Under the pieces are notes generated by a model. The model was not told where the DNA came from. It made no database searches and saw nothing but the letters and a program-made list of their open reading frames with translations. The translations under genes were made by a program, and so were the position numbers. Below are positions 50,137 through 61,038 of a stretch of DNA of 64,000 bases, piece after piece; position 1 is the stretch's first letter, and every line of letters starts with the position of its first letter. Source of the DNA: Kondoa subrosea (lineage: Eukaryota); assembly GCA_039545335.1 (NCBI GenBank), contig BCIN01000002.1, forward strand, positions 620,001-684,000. Direction: 5' to 3'.

Positions 50137-51519
50137 TCAATGCCCATGACCCGCGACTAATCGCAATGCCATCGGTGAAAGCATGCCTGCGACTGTAAGA
50201 CCAACTCTTTTCCATTTCTTCCTCGGCTGTGGAAAGTAGAATCAAATCAGCTGAAAACACAGCAAATCAGGACCATCGCTCACCGCTTCGACTTCTTCCT
50301 GTATCGTCGGGTTTTGTTCTTGCGTGACTTGAGCAGCTACAAACAACTAGATTTATCACACACAAGATCAGGTCTACGTATCACAGTGACTCGTGGATCA
50401 ACTCACAAAGGTCCCTCCAGAAAGTAAAAGCGCAAACCCAGTCCACCATTTCAAACTAGCCGCTTCATGACCTTTTCCACCCAAACCCGCCACAAGTTTG
50501 AGTATAAAGTATACTCCTACAGCACCTAAAGGAGCAGCCAAAGCGAATCCAATCAAAGCTTGTCTAATCTTGCCTTTACTCCAACCATCCCCAAGCAAAA
50601 CCGAAGTTAACCCAAACGCAGCAGGTGCTTTATGTACTATTATAGCCAAGAAGACTACCACATCCAACGAAACGCCTGAAGAAGAAGATAAAGCAGCAGA
50701 AGAAGAAGCTCCTAAAGAGATTCCATCTGCTAAAGAATGAGCAATAAGTCCGATAGTGGTACTGAGAGATTTCGTTCCTGCTGATTCATGTATTGAAGGA
50801 GCATAAGAAGAAGAAGATCTTCTCTTTTTTTGTGGTCTGGTATCTTCTTCATCATGGGAGGATGATTCTGCAGCTTCATCTTCCGTTGTCATTCTCTGTC
50901 TTTCTAAGGAAGATCGACCATGGACCAAAAGAGGATCATGACTTGATTTTGATGATAGACCAGGTTTACAATTTGGTGAAGAAACGGGATCATAGCCTGA
51001 TAGTCGTCTAGCCAAAGTGAATTGTTTGGATCGTTTTTGAAAATGTCCTGCATGAGGATCGGATTTGTCTTCTTCATCTTTGCTTGGTCTGATATGCACA
51101 TGGGCGTGTGATTGAGATTCGTCAATCATGAACCTGATCCCAAATTAGCAGGTGTAGTACAATAAGTGTTTTGTAGACCCACATCATTAGAAAACCAAGT
51201 AGTAGAGCTACAGCTACCCATGTCCCTTGACTACCATGTTCGTGCTCATCTCCATTATTGTCTGAGTCGCTTGCTCCATATAATGCTTCTATTCCTTCAG
51301 GTATGACTGTAAATCGTGCCTTCAGTACAGTACTTGCAGAGAAGATCAGAAACATGACAGACCTATCCCAAGCGCTGCTCCAAGCAAGAGTCCACCTCCA
51401 TATGTAGACAAATCTTTTATTCTATCTTGCGAAAACGAGAAGAGAAGAGGAACATGACCAACGGCGACAGTACCGATGAAGAGACTTATGCACATGGCGA
51501 GCAATGCTATGAGTGCCAT
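50137..51519 (-). CDS. ZIP-family metal transporter, ZIP9/Atx2-like
   Basis: GLLLGAALG..IPEG, TTIGLIAHSLADGISLGAS, FLAIIVHKAPAAFGL, LLLSGGTFLFVA and C-terminal GHGH. Confidence 0.92.
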
Positions 51520-51920
51520 ATTGTGTTCTATGACGGCGTGAAAGTGAAAAGAGAGAACAGGTTAGGTTGCCTATTGCAAGCGAGTTCTGGTTGATATAGA
51601 AGACAGAGAATAGTCTATATAGAGCTAATACACTGGATGCACAAGTCTAGAAGCTTTGACAGCCGTTCTATGAGCAGACCAGAATCCAGAATCGATGATG
51701 TAGCCTCGAGGGAAGGCAGCTTCTTGTTGAGCTTATGGATATCTCAGGCTTGGTTAAGGGAATCTAGAGAGCTTGTGGCTCTTTGCGGAGGTATATAGCG
51801 AAGCCACTGGCTGTCTGTGACTGACATGCAGCTTCTTGAATTCGAACCACGTTTCCGACTGGATCAAGGCAAGACTGCCCTTCTCATTGGCCCTGCAAGT
51901 AGTGTACAAGACTTGCGAAT

Positions 51921-53568
51921 ATGTCAGGCTTGCACAAGGCTGCTGGAGGACAATTCCTGGCGAATAAGGACCTGCTCCATTCGAGTTTCAACCAGGACTT
52001 CAGGTAGTTCTCAGCTACAATAGAAGCCTAGATCAGTATACTGAGTTTCGGATCTTATCACAGTTGCATCAGCGTTGGCACTCGAAAAGGATACAGCATC
52101 ACCAACTGCGAACCCTTTGGCCGCGTTTATGCTAGAGGTCAGCTGCTCGCACTTCTCTATCTCCATAATAGTCTTATCAAAAGTCGCAACAGGAGAAGGG
52201 CCGATATCGATAGTGGAAATGCTCTTCTGTACATCACTGGTTGCATTAGTTGGATCTTCCGAACGAGCCAATTCGTCGACACGAAAGCTACAGATAGTCA
52301 ACACAAAGGTGTGTATGGTCAGCTTTGGTGCATTGCATAACCCTGACATGGATAACAGCGACAATCAACCATTTGCGAGCTTACTTTTCCAACTTCTATC
52401 TTGGCAGTCAAGTTGAATCGAAGGCGATTGGTCGTCGTTCTCGAAGAACAGATCTACATCTATGATATCGCGAATATGAAGCTACTGCATACTATTGAAA
52501 CATCTCCTAATCCTAATGGTAAGCTTCTCTTCTCGTGCTTCGCATTTGAGTTTGACATGTTGTAGCCATATGCGCACTCTCACCATCTTCCGATAACTCT
52601 TATCTCGCTTACCCTTCGCCTTTACTTTCTAACAATACCTCTTACACTTCTCCGCCTTCTTCATCAACAACCTCACCGGGCGATGTTCTACTCTTCGATG
52701 CTTTGTCATTATCAGTAACTAACATTATTCAAGCGCACAAAACTCCCTTAGCTTGCGTTTCACTCAATTCACATGGGACTATGCTAGCAACTGCATCGGA
52801 TAAAGGAACAGTCATTAGAGTTTTCTCAGTTCCAAACGGTGATAAAGTTGCTCAATTCAGAAGAGGAACTTATCCTGCTCGAATCTACAATATTTCATTC
52901 AATGCAGTTTCTACTTTATTGGCCGCAAGTTCAGATACGGAAACGATTCATATTTTCAAATTGAGCAAAGATGATAAGCCCAACAAGGGAGGAAGTAAAA
53001 GAGCTTTTAGCGCTAGTTCGGAAAATGGAAGTGATGTTACGGAAGATGATAGACCTAAAGGAGGATTTGAAGCTTTGATTGATCAGAAAAGGCAAAGCAA
53101 TAGTATGAGGTCAGTCCTTGAAAGGCTTTCAGCTTGTTTCAAAGCTGAGTGCTTTCGGGCCCTGACAGTGGAATGATAAGAAGGAAGTCAGCTACATTAG
53201 GAAGATCATTCGCTGGTTCCGTTGGCGGTTATCTGCCGAGCACCTTGACAGAAATGTGGGATCCGCAAAGAGATTTTGCCTTCCTCAAGTTGCCTGTTAG
53301 TGGTGTCAGGACAATTGTTGCTCTCTCGAGGTTAGTCAAACTGTCGATTCTTCGACTCGGGTCGCTGATACCAAAACAGTACAATACCACAAGTAATGGT
53401 CGTTACTTCGGAAGGGTCGCTACATGTGTACTCCATCGATCTGGAATTGGGAGGCGAATGCGTTTTACAGAAGTCCTACAAGTCAGTCTGCCTTGACCCT
53501 CGTCTGACCTGAACTGATATTCTTTCAGTCTGATGGAAGGAATAGAAGATAGTCAACTGGCAGACTAG
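51921..53568 (+). CDS. ATG18: PROPPIN autophagy protein Atg18
   Basis: [59 protein letters not shown], the FRRG lipid-binding motif, [12 protein letters not shown] and RDFAFLKLP. Confidence 0.96.
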
Positions 53569-53654
53569 GATCTTGAAGTCCTTGATCGTAATTTTTGGGT
53601 ACCTGTTTCTATATGCTTTCTGTCTCATTGTAATAATTTCACATTGGTTCACGC

Positions 53655-56166
53655 TCAATACACTTGATCTTTAAGCTCATCCTTCCCACTTGAATGCTTC
53701 CCATCCTCTTCAGATGTCTCGTCAGCTGACGGCTTCTCCCTCTTTAATTTCTCTGACTTCTTCTTTGGCCGCTTCCGACCCACTTCATCTGCGCTTTGCT
53801 CTTTCTTCAGTACTCCTTCTCTTAAACCCTTGCTCCTCTTTCGAGGCTTCTTCTTGTTTTCGTCGATTTCCGAATCCGATGAAGCTGATTCGATGAATTC
53901 TAATGCAGTAGCTTCTTGCTCAGCAGAGTCAACATAACTCTCTCTTCCGTTATCCGCCACAGCAGCCGAAAGAGGTACCGGTGTACGGAGCTCGCTGTTC
54001 AGATCAGGGCTCTCATTCACTTGAAGATTTGGAACGAGCAGTAGATTGCCTAATTTGCTTAGATCTGGTTCGTTCCGTTTTGCAGTCTTCTCCTTGGTAG
54101 GTTTCCGCTTAGTAGTGTCTTTTAGCTTCGATTCGGCTTTGTTCTTGAGGCCTTTGACTTTAGGTAAAGCAAACGAATCTCTTCCGGTATTTGAGAAAGG
54201 TTTAGTCCGCTTGATCGGTTTACTAGCAATCAAGGGTAATCGTTTGGGTGCCGATTGAAGCGGTTCTGTTGCTTTGGAAGCTGGTTGTGGGTCTTTTGAA
54301 AAAGAAGGAAGAGGTGAAGGATCTGAGAACTCTGAAATGGCGTTAGTGATGAATCGATCGAGACTATCATGAAGACGAGGAGTAGGTATAGGTCTCCGCA
54401 TAGGTTCCAGCTCGAAAGTTGAAGCAGAGTGAGTCTTCGTATGCATAGCTTGAGGTTTGCCTAAAGTCAGATACTTGGCATGACTCGACTTTTGTGATAA
54501 AGTAGCTTTCTCAGGCATGAAAGAAGGCCTTGATATGGGTGGCAGAGGCTTCTTTGGTTTCAAAGGTGTAGAGAAAGGGAGGACAAGCTTATCAAGATCA
54601 GGTATAGTGCTTGGCCGGGATCGTTTAGTCTGCGAATCTGCTATTCGTACAGTCGGATTGCTTGTGACAGGTGGTAGATTGTCAACGAGAGATTCAGTTG
54701 CGCCAGCACTACTGTCGACTTGAAAGTCGGACGGTATGACTTGAAGCGTTGGTGAAATGCGACGAATAGGTGGAGGTGGAGCAGGTGTATGTTCTCGCTT
54801 CTCGAGAAGAACAGGCACAGCTGTAGAAGACTGCACTGGAGCGACATCTCTGTCTGATGTTCTGCTAGACTGCTTGAACCTTCCCACTCGAAGAGGTGTA
54901 GGACTAGATTGTGATCAGGAGAGAAGAACACTGTAAAACGCAAAACATACGGTACTTCTCGCGCTTTCACTAGAAGATCTTCGAGTAAATCTTCGCTAAC
55001 CAATTCTTGGGTTGTAATCGAAGGTTTCGTCAGCTCTTGCAGTTGCGCGTAGGCTTGCGTGTATCTTCTTGTTCCTACAGGTGGATTATATGGTACCGCT
55101 TCTGGCTTCTTCGGCAGAAGAGCTGGAACAGGCGCCTGCTTTGGCTGAATAGTAGTTTGTCTAGTAGGAGGCTGTACAGAGCGAGATGGTTGTTCTATTG
55201 CTCTATCTATAGGAATAGTAGGCTGAATAGGTCTTCCTGCAGGTCTAGAGAGAGTCTTGCGAGCGTATTTGCGTTCTTTGTCCGATATGAGACGAGTCGT
55301 GCTATCGATGGAGTCCGATCTGAAAGTATCTGATTGCTTCTTCTGTCTCATTGACGGTGATGCAGCACGCTTGACGACTTCCGCATTATCCCCTGCCAAC
55401 TTATTAGCGGTGCAGACTTCTACCGAACCTGGACTTACAACCTAGTCCAAACAGCTCGTTCTCCAGATCTCTTCGCATAGATAGCTCGTCTGACGTTCGG
55501 ACGACTTTGACCCGCTTATTTGAAGAGTATCGTCGACCAGATGCACACAAGAAGATCATCGCGAAAGTGCTTATCAGAATAATGGCAGCTGGAGCCAAAG
55601 ATAGTGTTGCGCCAGGAGAGATAGACTTGAATCCACTTCGATTGAAGAGAAAGAAGAGAGACGCCAAAGATGCTACTGCTCCGCCAAAAGTGAATCCAAA
55701 GCTGACAAGATACGGTATTGATACCGTCTAAAGGTAAAAGAAGTCAGTCACGATGTATGTAAAGCACTAGCTGCGAGCATACCAGCGCATCTTGACAGAC
55801 CAGACTCGCCCAGAAAGTACAGAGGCTCAATACCGCGGTCGACGCATGCCTGGTCCAATTAATGAGCTCATCGTTCACCATCGATCAAGCTAGAACTCAC
55901 GCTACAGTCAAGAAGAAGCGAATAGAGGCCTCGTCTGTGGCCCAACAGATCTTCTGGTCTTTTGGACAATTTGACAGAAACCAAGCCCCGATTCGAACAT
56001 CGTTAACTCTCGCCAAGGATAGGAACGTAACGTTGCGTTGACCAGTTGCAAAGATACAAACCACAAAGGACGCCGCGGTGAGAATATGTAGTAGCGAGAA
56101 GATGATTCGCGGATCCAGAGCATGCTCTTTTCTGTCTTCATCTGAGTTGACAGGAGACGGAGACAT
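53655..56166 (-). CDS. SUR7/PalI-like four-TM membrane protein with very long Pro/Lys-rich cytoplasmic tail
   Basis: Five spliced exons: TM1, loop IGAWFLSNC...C (claudin/SUR7-like), three more hydrophobic helices, then in-frame joins (WDNAEVVK.., PPTPLRVGRFKQ..) to the 410-codon ORF. Confidence 0.6.
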
Positions 56167-56491
56167 GTCACAGCATCATTGAAGAATTGCGTAGAGCAAA
56201 GGGCACAAGCAAAAGAAGCGAGAAGATAGCAATGAGCACAAAGGGGACTTTGGAATTTCGACTTGCGAGAAAAGAGAAAAGACTTGAGCAGCTATATCTT
56301 CTGTAATCAAAGCCACCAGTAACGTAATGAACACGCAGAGAGATGCAGAGAGATGCAACACCCGCGACCAAAGGCTCTGCTTGAGATGGCGAACTTGCTT
56401 GCATGACGATCTATTCCTTGAGGCTAGCTACACCAATCTGTCATTGCTCCTAGCAGCCTCAAACAAAGCCAATTCCGCAATCGAGACTTCC

Positions 56492-58354
56492 ATGACTGGT
56501 CTTCAAAATCTCCCAATTGAGCTGTTGCTGCGTCTGGCCTCTTTCCTTTCTATCGAAGACGCTGTGCATCTATGCCTGTTAAGCAAGGGTCTGTACGGAG
56601 ATCTGTACGGAAACGAGAGCTACTGGCGAGCGGTTGCTTTGGTCCAATGTGCAGTTCAAACAGCAGGCGAAGAGGGCGTGATCCCTGATGAAGTGATGGA
56701 GAAGGATGATCTGCAACGGGTCATACGGTTGCAGAAGTCTACAGCGGGAGCTTTCAATGATGCGCAGAGCTGGATCGAGTTGGGTCAGTCACCCAGACTC
56801 GATAAGATGCCTTCTGATATCTCATGAGATAGTCAGGCTCCGCAGATTAATTGCTGCCAACTGGAAAAACTCTCGCTTCAAGGCTGGTCTGACGGTACAT
56901 CGATCTCAAGGACTTTGGCGTTTCAAACTTTCTGCTAATGGTCTCATATTCTCTACCTTCAGCGATAATCGCCCTCTAGAATTCCAGCCGGTAAATTCAC
57001 CCGAACATAACGTTTTCTGGTCTTATGCAGATGGACATGAATTGGATTGGGCACTGCATGTTGAAACAGGAGGGGATTTAATAGCACATACAACACAAGA
57101 CGGGAACATTGCAATCTTTCGACATCAAAGCAATCTCTCTCCGTCTGTCGGCGAACCGTCATTGGAGCACTTTGTGGATGTTCGGTCATATCTAGAAACC
57201 AGCAATTCGTGGTCTCTACACGCATGCATCGATCCGCCCGCTTCAATTCGTTGTTACAAGATGCGCTATCCATATCTTGTAGCTGGTGCGAGAGCTGGTC
57301 CGGCGACTAGAGTATTGGTTTGGGATGTGCGCGATGGTCGACTGACTCATAATATCGATGTTACCTTTGCGAACGTTGGCAGAATGGTGAGTATACTCGA
57401 TATTAGCTCTTCCACTCAAGCTCAGCTTCAGATAGGCTTACATCGAAATGGCGAATCAATTGATCTTTCTGGCCGGAAGAGAGAACCTGTACTACATTGA
57501 TTTGACTAAGAGCACATCAAACCATGTTATTCAAACGATACCAACACCTCGATCCGCTCTTTGGTCTGCTGTTCACTGTGAGTCTCGCCTCACCGAATAT
57601 TAAACACGGCTCACGGTCTGTAGATGACACGAGCGGGAATTTCGTTGCCGTATCGACTGACGGACTTCTTCTCTGGTCTTCGGACTACCGTCTCCTCTTG
57701 AGAGACCAAGAGCTCTTTGGCCATAGTTTACGTTGGCTTGAGCTGGAAGCGGCCGGGTTCTCCTTGACACAACTGGCGGTAGACAATTGTCGATGTGTTT
57801 TCGTCTCTCAGACTACTGCTATGGTTTCAGTACGTCCAAAATTTCGCGTAAAGTACTTTTGACTAATTACTGCACAGCCTACGAGCCATTACAGCTTTCA
57901 AAGTCTGTGGTTATTGGACTTCTCGGATCAAGACTCTCTTCCTCAATTACGACTGCTCCTATCAGTAATGCCAAGTCAAGCTCCTGTTGTGAGTCGAAAT
58001 CATTTCCCCTTTTATGACCTCTCGCTGAGCAATAAAGAGCAGAGCCGAATCGAAATGGATAGCACAGCGATCTACTTCACAGGCAATACTACTAATGATG
58101 AATTCCCTTTCCCGAACCAAGATATCATCCGTTTGACAATCGCTTCCGTGGTTGACGGTCAAACACTCGATCTCAAATGGGAATCATCGGAAGGCGAACT
58201 TAGCTCTGCTTGGCCTGGCACACCAGTGACGGAGGAGATTTGGAAGGGAGTAGATCGGACTGGTTTCGAGACTCTGCTGCATTGGCAGGTCTCAAGGGAC
58301 GCTCTACCTGATTGCATCTGGCAATTGGATTTCGCAGATTTCGACGAGACTTGA
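56492..58354 (+). CDS. F-box protein with C-terminal beta-rich (WD40-like) region
   Basis: LQNLPIELLLRLASFLSIEDAVHLCLLSK F-box motif; LIAANWK; YLVAG..VLVWDVRDG. Confidence 0.8.
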
Positions 58355-58391
58355 GATGGTGATAAGTGGAGCTTTGTGCATTGCATTATCG

Positions 58392-59070
58392 TTACAATGC
58401 TTTGATAACTCTGCAAGGATTGCCGACCGCTGTACATCGTGCTGGAATGTCTTTGAACCAACTTGCAGCTCCTATAGTACTACCTTATCCTATTGTAATG
58501 CCAGGCAAGATCGTGCAGTTGCCTCCGATCCAGCAATCGTCTTCAATGATTACGGGAGCCAGCAACAAAGGTCCGTTCTTGCCATCGCGTTCTTCTGGAT
58601 TGGTGGATGGAAATCCGTATATATTTGAGTGTTCGGACCGATGACTGTGCGATCACCAATTGTGACTGTATACGATGAGTTAATGCTAGATATGGCAAAG
58701 CAAAAGAGGTACCCTTTGCGGAATCCAAGATAGTAACTCCTCGATGCAATCCACTGTTTCGCCCAATCGAGACATTGAAGCCCTTGGAAGCTCTCAATTG
58801 TTTATTATGCAAACTTAGGCATGAGCTCACGTATTCGACGTAGAACGGAGCGATAAGATAAGAATCGGGAGAAATGTGTATGAGGGCTTGAAGCAGATCC
58901 TTCTGCTTCGCTGCATCTAGCTCAGAATTGAAAGCTTGCACCTTTATAGTGGTTTCTGCCTGCATTTGACCATGATAAGGGCTGAAGATGTAAGCTTCGT
59001 TTCTCATCATTTTGTCGAATTCTGTTCGATCAGCCTGTTCAATAGACAGCGCAGCATTCTCATCGGCCAT
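58392..59070 (-). pseudogene. Maltose/galactoside O-acetyltransferase (Maa/LacA hexapeptide-repeat family), disrupted
   Basis: APFYVEY-GFNVSIG, TILDSAKVTIGDRTVIGPNTQIYT, then a frameshift near 58602 before NPEER..APVIIEDDCWIGGNCTILPGITIG; in-frame TAA at 58485-58487; ends ..KDIP..AVGNPCRVIK. Confidence 0.8.
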
Positions 59071-59794
59071 GTTGCTCCAGGTAGATGGCTTATGGACTAA
59101 GAAAAGAGAACACAGCAGATACAAAAGCATCGCACGACAAAGGGCCGAGAGGAGAACAGAAGAAGAGAGGATATTGTAGATGCAATGATCTTCTTTGGAT
59201 TGAATGAGATGATCTGAGGAGCAAAGCAGATGCGCGGCCAGTGACTATTAAGATTCGACCAAATCATGAACTCCATCGAATGCAGAATACCACATTTCCA
59301 CCTTCGACCAGGATCGCTCATACAGCGTAGAAAATGAAGACAGAGTGGCATAGTACGACGAGACTACAGACAGAGCAGTCGAAGTTCCTTCAGCAAGAAT
59401 TCATTGTTCGCCAAATTATTTCGGTCTTCAGCATTGCCAATTGCATGCGGCTCCTTGGCGATTATGTCTCCTTCTTGTGCTGCGTTAATTCCATTAGCCT
59501 GCGGTCTGACTCCATAAAGCTTGACATGGAAGTCGAGCCATCTTTGCAAAACATATGATTTGCCAAAAAGGCATAAAATCTCCAAATCCGGCGAGCTTCG
59601 TCTAAGGGAAGGCAATCACTCGGATCGAATGCTTTTCATCTGTTCCTTTCGTACTATCGTTCTGTCCTTCAATCTTGTCACTTACTCTCACGCTCACTTC
59701 ACTTCACTTCTCGTCAATTCACTCCAGCATCGGCCTTTGCCATTCCTTATACACACATTCTGCACTCACTGAATATTTCTCTCCTGTCTTCAAT

Positions 59795-60929
59795 ATGGGT
59801 ATCGTGCGCGGCTGTGGTCAAGTGATGCTTTTCTTCGGCGTTCTTGGTTTGACTCTCGTAAGAACTTCGGTCTCTCTTGCTAGAAAGCAGCTGATAGCAT
59901 TTCAGGTATCTGTCTCCTCACCTATTATCCCACGTGTTGCATTCCTCAAAGGTCAATTCGACCAGAACATCACCCTTTTCCTTGGTGCTTCAGGTGGTTG
60001 TGTCAATGTCGGGGACAGTCAGACATGTCCGGCTGCCAGGGTGGGATATTCCATTAGTAAGGATGTTCCTGAGACACTGAATAACGATACTGATTCGCTT
60101 GATGTACAGCTTTGGACAATTTCCCAGGCAAGAGCAACGAAGGTCCGGAACCTATCAGCTCGATGCTCAGTTATACATTGGTTTTGTTCCCTATCGGTAA
60201 GCCTTTAATCCAATCTTGGAAGCACCTGGATCTGATTATACTCTTCCAGCTGGAATACTCGCTCTTCTCGCTCTCTTTTTGTCACTGGCCAAACGTAGCC
60301 GAATCGCACACTATACATCTGTCACTTTGATTGGCTTATCTTTCATCGGATCAGCTGCTGTAAGCGTCAAATTACGACCTGTGCTGACAGCCCGCTGACG
60401 GTTTTTATTGCAGGGTTTGGCTACTTCCCTCCTTCTTTTCATCAGAGCCATGAGGCGTATCAACGAGCAATTCGCTCCTGCATCTCCAGCATCTTTGGGT
60501 GTAGCTATCTGGGTCGCCATTGCATCGGTTCTTTTGGTCGCATTCGCAGGCATGTTCATTGCGTCATATGCACCTACCAAGAAAGGCAAAGAAGCCGACA
60601 ATTTCTCTCGATTCAACGGCAATGACAAGTATCTTCGAAGCAAAGAAGATCTCTTCCATGCCGACTATCCTCAAAACACATACACTCAATCTTATGGCAA
60701 CTACACCAAACCAATCATTTCAGATCCTCAATATATTCCTCAGGGTATGAACATTGAAGTCGAGCGACCAAATGAAGGCTACTACTATGAAGGTGATTCG
60801 CAAAGTATCAATGGACAAGATGAACAGTATCACGCTACAACTTCGTCTTACTACGACGATGCCATGAAGAAGAGGCAGCCAAGCTTGAGAAGATCAGTAT
60901 CCAGGAACAGCAACAGGTCAAAGCGCTAG
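59795..60929 (+). CDS. SUR7/PalI/Rim9-family membrane protein
   Basis: TM1 then VSVSSPII..FL, LGASGGC..C..VGY extracellular loop, LVLFPIAGILALLA, further TMs (LGVAIWVAIASVLL) and a Tyr-rich tail. Confidence 0.75.
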
Positions 60930-61038
60930 TCGCCTGCATCTTGAATGAATCATTCTTTTAATCATCATTAGTCTTGTGTAAACCGCATACATACTGGAAT
61001 ATTATGCTTGGAATACAACATCCATACAAACACATATC

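Noticed and set aside
51776..51808. GTGGCT...AGCCAC hairpin in the ZIP/ATG18 divergent promoter
   Set aside because: Short imperfect stem within chance expectation; no ncRNA motifs.
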